The notes below the pieces were generated by a model that was not told the DNA's origin, searched no databases, and saw nothing but the letters and a program-made list of their open reading frames with translations. From IMG/VR virus record IMGVR_UViG_3300014205_000024, positions 1,462 through 65,461 of that record: a DNA stretch of 64,000 nt. One strand, given 5' to 3'. Positions 1-9,569 of the stretch are shown one piece after another. The number at the start of each line of letters is the position of its first letter. Position 1 is the first letter of the stretch. Source of the DNA: a virus. Lineage: Duplodnaviria > Caudoviricetes. The position numbers and the translations under genes were made by a program.

Positions 1-597
1 ATGCGGCTGCGGTTCTTTGGGGGCGATCTTTCCCTCATGTCCTTTCGGCTCGGAGAGCAAGAACTGTTCTCCGTCACCAAACATACGGGAGAAGATCGGT
101 TCTACTACCATCAGGAACACTTAATTAACTTCCTTTCTCATATGAAGAGGAATCTAACCCTCATGAATCAAGCCCCCTTTCCCAACAATGGAGCCGTCCA
201 GAGTATGGATTATGCAATCATGTGCAAGCGCAAGGGACTCAAGCAGTTGGATGCCCTGCTCTTTGAGGGGGAACACTTCCACGATTTGAAGTGGAGGGTT
301 GATGGGACTTGGATGATCTCGTCGCTCTACTCCATGTCGGAGATTGTCGTGTCCAGCAAGGAAGTTATGGCGATGCCTGTGGTTCCGTTTGCCGACCAGC
401 ATCCGGCACCTGTATCACGGCGTCCGAGAAATCCACGAGCACTTCTTCACGCCGGACAAGGGGTTCTTGATCTACTTGAACCTGATCCAGCAACTCGTTT
501 GCGACCTTTGCAAGGCGAAGCAGATCTGCCACGGAGATCGTCGCCGTCTTCTCCTGCTGTAGCTTCTGGTTCAGGCGCGACAGTCCGATCCCGGTAA
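1..597 (+). CDS. hypothetical protein (possibly 5'-truncated; C-terminal third overlaps an antisense gene)
   Basis: Open frame from window start; first ~120 aa look protein-like, tail is P/R/S-rich. Confidence 0.3.
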   Translation: MRLRFFGGDLSLMSFRLGEQELFSVTKHTGEDRFYYHQEHLINFLSHMKRNLTLMNQAPFPNNGAVQSMDYAIMCKRKGLKQLDALLFEGEHFHDLKWRVDGTWMISSLYSMSEIVVSSKEVMAMPVVPFADQHPAPVSRRPRNPRALLHAGQGVLDLLEPDPATRLRPLQGEADLPRRSSPSSPAVASGSGATVRSR

Positions 598-994
598 GAG
601 TAAGCGCACCATCTGACAATTGGGAACGGAGGCTGGCTTGGGCTGCGACGCGCTGCCTTGTCTGCTTAACCAGTTCGGCTGTCTGGTCTTTAACGATTCC
701 ATCCATGACCAAATCATAGTGCATATCACATCTGATTTGCCAATGATATTTGCGGGAGGCAAGGCGCATGCGGGACTGAATCTCATTCTCGTCTGTGCCA
801 ATCCCTTGCTCGATGGCCAGCCTGACTGCAAGTGGATACGTCCTACGAAGTCCGAGTCCGAAGTAGCACATGAAAAGATTGTGCTCCACGCAGGACTCAC
901 CCTTGATGCGGGATGCGGGATGATCGGGGTCGATCAACCCACGTCGTTTTCCGGGAGTAAGAAGGTCAAGCCAATGCTGTTTATCTCTTGTCAT
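365..994 (-). CDS. putative terminase small subunit-like HTH protein
   Basis: FMCYFGLGLRRT...RLASRKYHWQIRCDMHYD resembles the F..Y..LG..RS...W..R...D TerS-type HTH, followed by helical oligomerisation-like segments. Confidence 0.5.
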   Translation of the reverse strand: MTRDKQHWLDLLTPGKRRGLIDPDHPASRIKGESCVEHNLFMCYFGLGLRRTYPLAVRLAIEQGIGTDENEIQSRMRLASRKYHWQIRCDMHYDLVMDGIVKDQTAELVKQTRQRVAAQASLRSQLSDGALTLTGIGLSRLNQKLQQEKTATISVADLLRLAKVANELLDQVQVDQEPLVRREEVLVDFSDAVIQVPDAGRQTEPQASP

Positions 995-1036
995 GTTCGC
1001 TCAATCTGCTATCACATTCAACAGAAAGGTTACACT

Positions 1037-1177
1037 ATGTCCACCCCATTACGCAAGCTGTCACTGACTGGCCAACTCTTGTTCGCCGTCGTGCTTATCA
1101 CCCTGCCGTGGATTCTTGTGATTGATTCGATCAACACAATACTTTGCGGTCACGTGGTTGTGATGCTCTGGAAGTAA
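1037..1177 (+). CDS. small membrane protein
   Basis: AGAAAGG RBS, ATG at 1037, hydrophobic 46-aa product. Confidence 0.5.
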   Translation: MSTPLRKLSLTGQLLFAVVLITLPWILVIDSINTILCGHVVVMLWK

Positions 1178-1181
1178 GGCC

Positions 1182-1853
1182 ATGCCCTCTTTCGTCATCG
1201 CACCCAAACCATCCGGCTACTGCGCCAAGAACAAAGAGCCGGATAACATCAAACCCAAACTCGATGGACCCGCCCTGTTCCTCGATATGTCCCTGCTTTA
1301 TAAATCCCAGAACATAGTCCGCTTGGATAACATCTGCGAGCAGACCGGATGCTGGGTTGTTCCGCTGGGCCGCATGAAAAAGAATGAACACCAGTTCTGT
1401 GTCAGTCGCGACGCCATGATCATTCAAGCCGAGCTTCTTGGTTTGGAGAATACAGGAAATATCCTCCATCCAGCATGGCCCACGGATAGCGCAGACGGCT
1501 ATTCAAGATGTGTCGATAAGTGGCTTAAAGATCGGACACACAGCGACCGCAAATACGTCATCCTCGATGCCCGTTGCTCCATCGCCTACGGCAATACATG
1601 GAGCAACGTCATCAGACTCAGTCCCAAGGAACGGCTTATCCGCTATGAGGATATGTGCCAAGCCGTGAATATCCTGAGGGATTTCAAAACCTATATACCC
1701 AGAGCATCTGGGTGCAGTTCCTGCCGCAGTTGGACTCCGTCCACCAAATGGTGTGCTGAGTTCAACGCGAAGACATTCGGAATGTCAGACTGCCCCGCCT
1801 ATAAACAACGAACCAAGGAGTATCATGCAATCCACCAACACGCAACTGACTGA
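1182..1853 (+). CDS. hypothetical protein with C-terminal Cys cluster
   Basis: 223-aa ORF, CSSC...WC...C near C-terminus, packed operon. Confidence 0.6.
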   Translation: MPSFVIAPKPSGYCAKNKEPDNIKPKLDGPALFLDMSLLYKSQNIVRLDNICEQTGCWVVPLGRMKKNEHQFCVSRDAMIIQAELLGLENTGNILHPAWPTDSADGYSRCVDKWLKDRTHSDRKYVILDARCSIAYGNTWSNVIRLSPKERLIRYEDMCQAVNILRDFKTYIPRASGCSSCRSWTPSTKWCAEFNAKTFGMSDCPAYKQRTKEYHAIHQHATD

Positions 1854-2673
1854 ACCTCGTCCACTAAAACCACTCACCGTAGCCGAACTTACCGCACTGC
1901 GGGAGAAGGTTCACGCACTCGCACTGGAGCGAGACGCCAACGCCAAACCTGCCGAGTCGTTTATGATTGCCATCGGGAAGGAACCAACCGTCCCTCTGGA
2001 ATCCATCGACTTTGCAAATATGCGAACCGATGAAATATGGAAGACCCTGTGCTTCGAGCGGGGATGGAAGACTCTCAACGCTGGTCGATACACCAAGAAC
2101 AAATCCATGCCCCTTGTTGCCATGCATCTTGCCTCACTCTATGGCAGGAGCACTCGGGGATTTGAAACCTACGTGGGGATTGCCGAAAGCCTTCTTGCTC
2201 TAGGACGGAAGGAGCGTCAGTGGGCCATCGATGCCCTGCTCTATGATTGGATCATCAACCATCCCGAGTATCCCGTGGCAGGTCATCCGTCTGCCATAGG
2301 AAAGTCCCTGCGCATATCACGCGAACGAGTCGGACAACGCATGTGCAGGCTGACAGGCTACCGTCCTCGCTCCCTTCCGTTCTATGTGGAGAGGACCATC
2401 AAACGTCGGGCAAGTCAGCGTAAGACAACCGACTACCTCAATCGCCTTGCCGCCGCCGCCGAGGTGGTCATCGCACGGTCTGACAAAGACCTCGCCATCC
2501 TTACGTTCTTCGGACGCATCCCATCCTGTGGGGTGGAGCGATCCATCCTCGGGGTGCAGTTGGGAGGCGCACTCAAGCGTCGGGGCTTGGTCACTCAGGA
2601 ACAATGGGACGCTATCAACAAGTGGCCCGTGAAAATGAAGGAGCGTTTTGGACTCTGCCAAACAAATAGTTAA
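1825..2673 (+). CDS. hypothetical protein
   Basis: AAGGAG RBS before ATG 1825; overlaps neighbours. Confidence 0.7.
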   Translation: MQSTNTQLTEPRPLKPLTVAELTALREKVHALALERDANAKPAESFMIAIGKEPTVPLESIDFANMRTDEIWKTLCFERGWKTLNAGRYTKNKSMPLVAMHLASLYGRSTRGFETYVGIAESLLALGRKERQWAIDALLYDWIINHPEYPVAGHPSAIGKSLRISRERVGQRMCRLTGYRPRSLPFYVERTIKRRASQRKTTDYLNRLAAAAEVVIARSDKDLAILTFFGRIPSCGVERSILGVQLGGALKRRGLVTQEQWDAINKWPVKMKERFGLCQTNS

Positions 2674-4051
2674 CGACTGGTTGGCAGGATTCACCACAAC
2701 TCGTGAGTTCAAATCCATACCCGAGGTGTGCCCCGGCGACCTCAAGGAGCTTCTGCTTCCCTACCAACGTGAGGCTCCAGACCTGATGCTCAAGTCCCTA
2801 CGCAAGCGGGGTAAGGCACTGGACTGGTCAAGCATGGGGGTTGGTAAGACCTACATGCTGGCGGCTGTGGCTCAGGCCAGTGGGCTCAGGCCATTCGTGA
2901 TCTGTCGGAAGAACCACCTGACAGAAACCAAGAGGGTCTATCGCTCATTCGGCTGCGATGCCGAGGTATCCAACTACGAGAAGATCAGGACTGGGAGAAC
3001 CGGGTGGGGTGGATGGTATGCTGCTGGTCGCAAAGCCAAGCGGTTCCACTGGTCGCTGCCCAGTGACTCTCTGTTGATCATGGACGAGCACCACAAGTGC
3101 CGCGCCATCGGTGGGATGAATACCCAGATGATGGTGTCCTCGATCATGCAGAATGTCCCCATGATTATTGCCTCGGCTACCCCGGCAGAGAGTCCCATCG
3201 ATATGCAAGCCCTCGGATACTTCCTTGGGATGCACCGACTGATGGATTACTTCCCGTGGATGCTGCGCAATGGAGTGAAGATCACCCGGTATGGTCCCAA
3301 GTATTATGGGGATACGTCATTCATGGACAAGGTAAGGAACCTTGCACTGCCCGAATACGGCAACTGCATCCTCCCCTCCCAGCTTGGGGATCAGTTCCCC
3401 ATGACCTACATCGATGCGAAGTGCTACGACTCGGAGTGTGCGGAAGAAATCAAACAGGCATACCGTTCGGCAGCCCGTGACATCGATGCCCTGCGTGAGG
3501 ACAAGAGGAAGCGGGGCGTAGGGTTCACCCGTCTTGGCAGGTTGCAGACCGCCCACCAGATCGTGGAGTTGGCCAAGACAAGGCTGACTGCTGAGTTGGT
3601 GGAGGATTCGCTGGAGGTGGGACGGGCATGCCCGGTCTTCGTCAACTTCCGCGAATCGCTGTCTGCCCTCCATAGGCTCTTGGCAAAGCACAAGCCCTCC
3701 ATGATCTATGGCCAGCAGAAAGACCGTGACCGTCAAATTGAACGGTTCCAAACAGGTGAAACTGATGTGATCCTGTTGATGATCCAAGCCGGGGGCGAGT
3801 CCATCAGCCTCCATGCCAAGGCCGGGATGAAACCAAGGGAAGCCTATATCTCCCCATGCTGGTCGGGCTTTGACCTCAAGCAGGTCTTGGGCCGGGTGCG
3901 CAGGGCGGGAGGTCAGGATAGTTTCCAGCACGTAGTATTTGTAGCGGGGACTCAGGAAGAGAAAGCCTGTGTCAAAGTTCGAGCCCGTTTAACAAACATA
4001 GAAGCCATGACTGACTCGGACAGTCTTGGAGAAGAGGAATTGTTCGCATGA
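2648..4051 (+). CDS. SF2 (SNF2/DEAH-like) DNA helicase
   Basis: SMGVGKT (motif I), MDEHH (II), SATPAE (III), QAGGESISL (V), QVLGRVRRAG (VI); TTG start with AAGGAG. Confidence 0.9.
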   Translation: MDSAKQIVNDWLAGFTTTREFKSIPEVCPGDLKELLLPYQREAPDLMLKSLRKRGKALDWSSMGVGKTYMLAAVAQASGLRPFVICRKNHLTETKRVYRSFGCDAEVSNYEKIRTGRTGWGGWYAAGRKAKRFHWSLPSDSLLIMDEHHKCRAIGGMNTQMMVSSIMQNVPMIIASATPAESPIDMQALGYFLGMHRLMDYFPWMLRNGVKITRYGPKYYGDTSFMDKVRNLALPEYGNCILPSQLGDQFPMTYIDAKCYDSECAEEIKQAYRSAARDIDALREDKRKRGVGFTRLGRLQTAHQIVELAKTRLTAELVEDSLEVGRACPVFVNFRESLSALHRLLAKHKPSMIYGQQKDRDRQIERFQTGETDVILLMIQAGGESISLHAKAGMKPREAYISPCWSGFDLKQVLGRVRRAGGQDSFQHVVFVAGTQEEKACVKVRARLTNIEAMTDSDSLGEEELFA

Positions 4052-4332
4052 ATTCGACAGAGATATACAAGAAGATCATCGATGAAATCAAATCACAGGT
4101 GGACATGGATGCGAAAGCCCATGTCGTATCTGATAAAACCAACAAGCGTGCCGGGTATATGCTGCGGTCAGTCCGCGATGCCAATCGTGTTTCTCTGCGC
4201 CGGGTGGCCAAACAGATGGGGATCAGCGCCGCCTATCTGTGCGACTTGGAACTGGGACGGCGCTGGTGGAGCGTGGAACTGGTGCGCCAATATCGTGATG
4301 GGGTAAACGTATGCTTAGGACAAAGGAAGTAG
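4048..4332 (+). CDS. XRE-family HTH DNA-binding protein
   Basis: SLRRVAKQMGISAAYLCDLELGRR. Confidence 0.75.
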   Translation: MNSTEIYKKIIDEIKSQVDMDAKAHVVSDKTNKRAGYMLRSVRDANRVSLRRVAKQMGISAAYLCDLELGRRWWSVELVRQYRDGVNVCLGQRK

Positions 4333-4493
4333 TAATCAAGAGAGGTAAGCTGGAGTTCCTGCTTGAAGCAATCCGAATGGATGATGGCAAGGTGTTCGTG
4401 GTGAATCGCCAAGGAGGCAAGATCACCGTGTTCAACACCACATCCGAAGAACTAAAACAAATCGAGAAGGAATTCTCGGAGAGGAAACAATGA
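4311..4493 (+). CDS. hypothetical protein
   Basis: Short ORF with ATGA-type overlap to next gene. Confidence 0.45.
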   Translation: MLRTKEVVIKRGKLEFLLEAIRMDDGKVFVVNRQGGKITVFNTTSEELKQIEKEFSERKQ

Positions 4494-4786
4494 AGTATAA
4501 CTTGAATCGTCTGTGGGCACTCGGCTCTGCCGTTGTCGCCATTCCGTTTGTTGGCTTATGCCAGATTGTACTGACCATACTCATGTTTTTACATGTGGTA
4601 TCCTGTGCCCTGTTCCTGTTTATCCTTGAACTATTGTTCACGGGACTCAGGAGTTGTGACATGTGCACGTGCAGATTACTGATAACCATCCGCGCAGTGG
4701 CCAGCAACCGCATCATCCCTGTAAGTATTGAAGAATATGCCGAAGAAATCCTAAACCAAAGAGAGGAAGATACCAATGAAGAATAA
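4490..4786 (+). CDS. membrane protein
   Basis: Long hydrophobic N-terminal half. Confidence 0.55.
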   Translation: MKYNLNRLWALGSAVVAIPFVGLCQIVLTILMFLHVVSCALFLFILELLFTGLRSCDMCTCRLLITIRAVASNRIIPVSIEEYAEEILNQREEDTNEE

Positions 4787-5105
4787 GTATCGTCGTCCGA
4801 ATATTGAACACACCCGTTCTACCAAAGATGGGTGGTTCCAGAAACAGTTCGCCCATGAACGCGAAGTCATGATCCGTCGTATCGTCCGTCACATCCTCAA
4901 TCGGGGACGCAGGGATGGATACTTCTGGATGGATAAACTGAACCTTGGATTCGTCCCCCTGCGCGATGCCAACCTGATCGGCGTTGCCATGAAGCGGTTG
5001 CTCCATGCAAGACGGATCGAACGCATCAACTCAAGCCGTCCGTCCCAACTGCGAGAGCAGCATGGTCGGTTGGTCTGGTGCTACAACTATCTGGGGAGAT
5101 CGTGA
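4776..5105 (+). CDS. hypothetical (winged-helix-like basic) protein
   Basis: 109-aa basic ORF ending in LVWCY. Confidence 0.55.
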   Translation: MKNKYRRPNIEHTRSTKDGWFQKQFAHEREVMIRRIVRHILNRGRRDGYFWMDKLNLGFVPLRDANLIGVAMKRLLHARRIERINSSRPSQLREQHGRLVWCYNYLGRS

Positions 5106-5282
5106 ATGAAAACAATTAAACGCTCTGAATTGAGCAACATGAAGATGGCTACTGGTGGTGAGAAAAGGATCAGCCAAGTAATTATCGACGGGTCAGTAAT
5201 GCAGTGGGTGGGCATTGGTTGGGTGAATGAAGGAAAGGCCACCAAGAAACAACTCGCCACGCTGCCTCATGTGATTGATTAA
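5106..5282 (+). CDS. hypothetical protein (58 aa, not in ORF track)
   Basis: MKTIKRSELSNMKMATGGEKR...PHVID fills the gap exactly. Confidence 0.55.
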   Translation: MKTIKRSELSNMKMATGGEKRISQVIIDGSVMQWVGIGWVNEGKATKKQLATLPHVID

Positions 5283-5297
5283 CAAAGGAGAATAACT

Positions 5298-5495
5298 ATG
5301 AGAGATTACAGAGAAGTCGTATTGGAGTTTGAACACTTCAAGATCAAGCACGACTACACCATCCAAGCTGGATTCGACGACAGGTGGGAAGCATGGAACG
5401 GGCAGGAACTCGGCCAGTGCTTTGTCCTCCATGTCTGGACTCCGCAGGGAGCCCCGGCCACCTGTGCTGTATTCAAGCTGGAGGTGCCGTCATGA
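5298..5495 (+). CDS. hypothetical protein
   Basis: AAAGGAG RBS. Confidence 0.6.
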   Translation: MRDYREVVLEFEHFKIKHDYTIQAGFDDRWEAWNGQELGQCFVLHVWTPQGAPATCAVFKLEVPS

Positions 5496-5725
5496 GATTC
5501 TTGCCGTTCTATATACTTGTGGTCGTGGCGTGTGGCCTTGCTGCCGCCCTTGCTGGAGGGTTCGGCATCTTCACGGGGCTCATGCTTGGGATTGGGTGGG
5601 GCGTGTCTGACATCCCATCCTTATGCCTCTGGCAGATGTGGATATTCGGATTGGCTGGCCCCACCTATCTGGTGTGGGACTACATCACCGGGTTCATCCG
5701 TGAACTGAAAGCGAGGGAGTCATGA
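5492..5725 (+). CDS. membrane protein
   Basis: GGAGG RBS, ATGA overlap, hydrophobic. Confidence 0.6.
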   Translation: MRFLPFYILVVVACGLAAALAGGFGIFTGLMLGIGWGVSDIPSLCLWQMWIFGLAGPTYLVWDYITGFIRELKARES

Positions 5726-6246
5726 CCTGTGATAAGTGCATGGGAATAGGATGGAATCCGCGCCAGATAAACAACAGCGGTGAATGCGTCCAAGAACAAT
5801 GTGAAAACTGCAAAGGAACAGGAGTCATGAACAGCGACACGCCCAAGGAATGCCCTGAATGCAACAACATTGCGAAGCATCGTGACGGGTGCCGATACGG
5901 CAAGCTAGAACGCGAACTCGCCGCCCTACGCAAAGAGTTGGAGGAGGCGACTCCCACCAGAGAACAAGCAAGGGTGGAGTTAGGCGATGTATTGCGTCAT
6001 TCAGACGGCCCCCATCAGGCAAGTCATGGTTGCGTGGAAGTAACTCGCGCTATTGAGGTGGTCGATTACTACATTGCAAGACTCGCCTTGTCCGAGTCCC
6101 GTAACAAGGTACTGGAAGGGGCTTTGGAGAAAGCCCTAAACATGCCAAGAAACTGCCTGTATGAAATATCAAATGAGGAATTGGCTATATGGGATCAGCC
6201 CGAGCCGTCCTCACCAAGAAAGGAACCCCATGCCCATAAACAGTAG
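5722..6246 (+). CDS. hypothetical protein with N-terminal CxxC zinc motifs
   Basis: CDKCMGIG...CENCKGTG, CPEC. Confidence 0.6.
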   Translation: MTCDKCMGIGWNPRQINNSGECVQEQCENCKGTGVMNSDTPKECPECNNIAKHRDGCRYGKLERELAALRKELEEATPTREQARVELGDVLRHSDGPHQASHGCVEVTRAIEVVDYYIARLALSESRNKVLEGALEKALNMPRNCLYEISNEELAIWDQPEPSSPRKEPHAHKQ

Positions 6247-6562
6247 AGCCAAAGGTAAGCGCATCGAACTGGAACTAGCACACAAGCTGACCGAACTGGG
6301 CCACCCCGCCCGTCGCGGCCAGCAGTTCTCGGGTGGCAACAACTCCCCGGACATCGTGTGTCTGAGTCTCAATAACATCCACATCGAGTGCAAGGGGGCC
6401 AAGCGTGCCGACCCTGCCGCTTGGTATCGTCAGGCAGTCGAAGATGCTGGCGAGGGGAAGACCCCGGTGGTGATGTATAAAATCAACAACGACAGCTTCA
6501 AAGTCTTGCTATCACTGGAAGACTTTGTTAGCTTAATCAGTGAACGAAAGGACAAAGAATGA
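6230..6562 (+). CDS. Holliday-junction resolvase (Hjc-like PD-(D/E)XK)
   Basis: NSRAKGKRIELE...SPDI...HIECK. Confidence 0.8.
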   Translation: MPINSRAKGKRIELELAHKLTELGHPARRGQQFSGGNNSPDIVCLSLNNIHIECKGAKRADPAAWYRQAVEDAGEGKTPVVMYKINNDSFKVLLSLEDFVSLISERKDKE

Positions 6563-6774
6563 GTGACGGTTTAGAGTTGAGATATAAAGTCGAACGTGTG
6601 GATGGGAAGAATGACCCGGTTGATTCCGAATACTTCGTTCTCCGTCTTAATCACGAAGACCGCCGCAAAAGAAACGCTGCCTGTAATGCAGCAATCGGAT
6701 ACGCCCAGCTATGTGGAAACATGGAACTGGCACGTGATCTGTGCAAGAAATACAACATGCCCATGATGGGCTAA
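6559..6774 (+). CDS. hypothetical protein
   Basis: ATGA overlap; YFVLRL..D motif. Confidence 0.55.
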   Translation: MSDGLELRYKVERVDGKNDPVDSEYFVLRLNHEDRRKRNAACNAAIGYAQLCGNMELARDLCKKYNMPMMG

Positions 6775-6785
6775 AGGAGAACACC

Positions 6786-7472
6786 ATGATTACAAAGTCC
6801 CCTGATATTGCATTGCTCTCAGCAGCCCTGCTGGCAGCACAGAAAGAAATCGCCCCGGTCATCAAGGATGCGGATAACCCCTACTTCAAGTCGAAGTATG
6901 CCGACCTCGGGCAGATCATTGAACTGACCCGGCCCATCCTCAACAGTCACGGGCTGTCGGTCAGCCAGCATCCCGAGAGCAAACCCGAACTCAAGGTGTG
7001 CGGTTGCACTACGCTATTGCTCCATGAGTCGGGCCAGTTCTTGGAAAGCACCCTGCTCCTACCCCTTCCCAATGAGAAGTGGGATGCTCAGGCGTCTGGT
7101 GCTGCCGTCACCTATGCCCGTCGATATGCGTGGCAGTCGGTGATCGGCCTGTCTGCCACCGAGGATGATGATGCGGAGTCTGTCCGCGCCCCCAAAGCTG
7201 CGGCCAAGGAACCCGCAAGTCGCCGTGTCCCCCGTGGGTCAAAGATCCCGGAAGGTGATGGGCCTCCGCCTATCGCTGACATGCTCAAGTCCTATCTGGA
7301 CGAGAAGAAAATCCCGCTCAAGTTCGTGCTGGATCGGCTCAAGGAAGACAGTTCCGTGGCGGCTGATGTGGAAGAGTTGAAGCAACTCACCGAACCCATG
7401 CTCAACAACCTGTTCCGAAATCGCGAGAAGATCAACATAGCGTTTCAGGATTCGCTGCGGGGTAGCCAATGA
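6786..7472 (+). CDS. erf: ERF-family single-strand annealing protein
   Basis: KDADNPYFKSKYADL...GAAVTYARRY...EDDDA. Confidence 0.9.
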   Translation: MITKSPDIALLSAALLAAQKEIAPVIKDADNPYFKSKYADLGQIIELTRPILNSHGLSVSQHPESKPELKVCGCTTLLLHESGQFLESTLLLPLPNEKWDAQASGAAVTYARRYAWQSVIGLSATEDDDAESVRAPKAAAKEPASRRVPRGSKIPEGDGPPPIADMLKSYLDEKKIPLKFVLDRLKEDSSVAADVEELKQLTEPMLNNLFRNREKINIAFQDSLRGSQ

Positions 7473-8566
7473 TTACCTCACTCGTTGACGAGCGGCTTGG
7501 AGTTCCGTCATCGTCCAGTGCTGACCGCGACTTCCGTTGCGGTGCGGCCATGATGTATATCACGGAGAATGAGATTCCGAATCCTCCGACAGAAGCTTCG
7601 ATAAGGGGGGATCGCATTCATGCGGCCCTCCACTCGTCGAGTCTGGACGGTCTGGAGCCTGATGACATTGTCACCACCAAGATGATCATGGATCAGGAGG
7701 CTGGCCTCTTTGACGAATACGATCTGGCCCCTGCTGATGTGATCCGTGAAACCCGGTTCTGGCTCAAGGACGAAAACGGGAATGAGTTGTTCACCTCCAA
7801 GCCTGATGTGGCCTATCTCAAGAAGGGAATGTTTGTCACTGCCAACTATAAGACTGGCTTTGCCTACGTCACCCCGATTGAAATCAACTACCAGATCAGG
7901 ACAGAGTGTGCCGTCCTCTACCACCACTACGGTGAGCAGTATGGGATTGAAGTGGGTGAAGCATTCCTGCTCCATCCCCACGCTCCCAATGGCCCAATGC
8001 AGCGGTTCACCTTCACCCGAGAGCAGATGGAGGCTGACCTTGATCTGATCCGTGCGAAGTCGCCAAGGATTCAGTCGGGTCGGGAGGACTTCCATGCGGG
8101 TCTGATCCAGTGCCAATACTGCCCTGCCCGTGGGGGCTGCCCTGCGGCTGACATTGTCACCCGTGAGGTGGTAGCCAAGCCCATCATCCGTGGCGACATG
8201 GCCCCGAGTGACCTACGGCAGGAAATGGATTGGGCGTTGCTTGCCAGCAAGGTGATCGAGAAGCGCGAGGAAGACCTGCGCAACTTGATCCGTGCCGGGA
8301 AGGTGGAAGGGTATGCCCTCAAAGCCTACGAGCAACGCACCATCAGCCGGAAGGCATCACTGGAGGATTTGGTTCAGGCATGTGACGGTGTGATCAATCG
8401 CGCCGAACTGCTGGCCATGTCCCGGCTGACGATGACCGACATGGTGGCCATCCTGTGTTCCAAGTATGGAACCACCGAACCCAAAGCAAAAGAAATGCTG
8501 GCGCAGATGCTTGATGATCGCGGCCTGTTACAGGTCGATGCCAGAGAAAGGTTGAAGAAGTCATGA
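7469..8566 (+). CDS. PD-(D/E)XK exonuclease (DUF2800/Cas4-like)
   Basis: RGDRIHAAL, KPDV...NYKTG, QCQYCPARGGC; adjacent to ERF. Confidence 0.8.
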   Translation: MITSLVDERLGVPSSSSADRDFRCGAAMMYITENEIPNPPTEASIRGDRIHAALHSSSLDGLEPDDIVTTKMIMDQEAGLFDEYDLAPADVIRETRFWLKDENGNELFTSKPDVAYLKKGMFVTANYKTGFAYVTPIEINYQIRTECAVLYHHYGEQYGIEVGEAFLLHPHAPNGPMQRFTFTREQMEADLDLIRAKSPRIQSGREDFHAGLIQCQYCPARGGCPAADIVTREVVAKPIIRGDMAPSDLRQEMDWALLASKVIEKREEDLRNLIRAGKVEGYALKAYEQRTISRKASLEDLVQACDGVINRAELLAMSRLTMTDMVAILCSKYGTTEPKAKEMLAQMLDDRGLLQVDARERLKKS

Positions 8567-8742
8567 ACATTAAATCACTCGCTACCATGCTGTTCCTGCG
8601 CAGGGACAGGCACCCCGAGGTGACCCCGCAACAACACGCGGCTACCTGCATCCTCGATGCCCAAGTCTTTCACTCCTGCATGAAGGACTTCCAGAAAGCG
8701 CAGAACAAAGCCAAATTAACAGAACGTAAACAAAGGAGATAA
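8563..8742 (+). CDS. hypothetical protein (59 aa, not in track)
   Basis: ATGA overlap with upstream gene; ends 1 nt before next ATG. Confidence 0.5.
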   Translation: MNIKSLATMLFLRRDRHPEVTPQQHAATCILDAQVFHSCMKDFQKAQNKAKLTERKQRR

Positions 8743-8743
8743 T

Positions 8744-9091
8744 ATGCCCTCATTCTTAGACGAAGAAGGATTCCAACCCACCGAAGGCGAGAGCCGTCAC
8801 TTCGAGCCATCCGACAACGATGGTGGTGCAGACCCCCAAGATTACCGGGAACGCGAACACCGTTCCGAATCCCCCCGTGGTGGGGGACGCAGACCCTACG
8901 AGCAGAAGGACAACGACGGAGTTGCCTTCATTAATGACCGCAAAGAAAGCGACCGTGACCCGGACTTCCGTGGCCATTGCCTGGTTGGCGGGAAGAAGTA
9001 TGCAGTCTATATCCGCAAGAAAGTCGGCTCCAATAGCGGGAAGGAATTCCTGACCCTTGGATTCCGCGAGTGGAGGGACGACCCCCGATGA
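8744..9091 (+). CDS. putative ssDNA-binding protein (DUF736-like)
   Basis: GVAFINDRKESDRDPDFRG...KEFLTL; in recombination module. Confidence 0.6.
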   Translation: MPSFLDEEGFQPTEGESRHFEPSDNDGGADPQDYREREHRSESPRGGGRRPYEQKDNDGVAFINDRKESDRDPDFRGHCLVGGKKYAVYIRKKVGSNSGKEFLTLGFREWRDDPR

Positions 9092-9549
9092 AAAAGAGCC
9101 TACTCAAACGCCGCACTCCCCTCAACCGAGGGGGACGGCTTCGCCCCGTGTCCAAAGCCAAGGCCAGAACGAAGCGGAAGTATGCCAAGAAGCGCATCCC
9201 CTTCCTCCAGAAGCATCCGTGGTGCTGGTGGTCTTTGGTGATCCACGGCCAGTTGGTGCCATCCGACACCATCCATCACGCCTATGGCAGGGTGGGTGAA
9301 CTGGAGCATGACGAGACTCTGTTCATCCCGGTGTCGAGTTCTGTCCATCCCAAGGAAATCCATATCGAAAGCGTGAATGTTGCTCGTGCGGCAGGGTTTA
9401 TTATTGAGAATGGAACTCAGTTGGACTTTGCCAGAAACCTTGTTCGCATCATTGAACGTGGTGCGCGCAAATGGGCATGGCTCAAGGGTGATAAATCCTA
9501 TGGTCTGCCCCCTGAAATTGTTGCCCCAGCGGCACCCCCCGGTGTATGA
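9088..9549 (+). CDS. HNH-like nuclease
   Basis: Basic N-terminus, PWC...IHHAYGR...VH. Confidence 0.5.
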   Translation: MKKSLLKRRTPLNRGGRLRPVSKAKARTKRKYAKKRIPFLQKHPWCWWSLVIHGQLVPSDTIHHAYGRVGELEHDETLFIPVSSSVHPKEIHIESVNVARAAGFIIENGTQLDFARNLVRIIERGARKWAWLKGDKSYGLPPEIVAPAAPPGV

Positions 9550-9569
9550 TTACGCCAAGGAATCAACCC

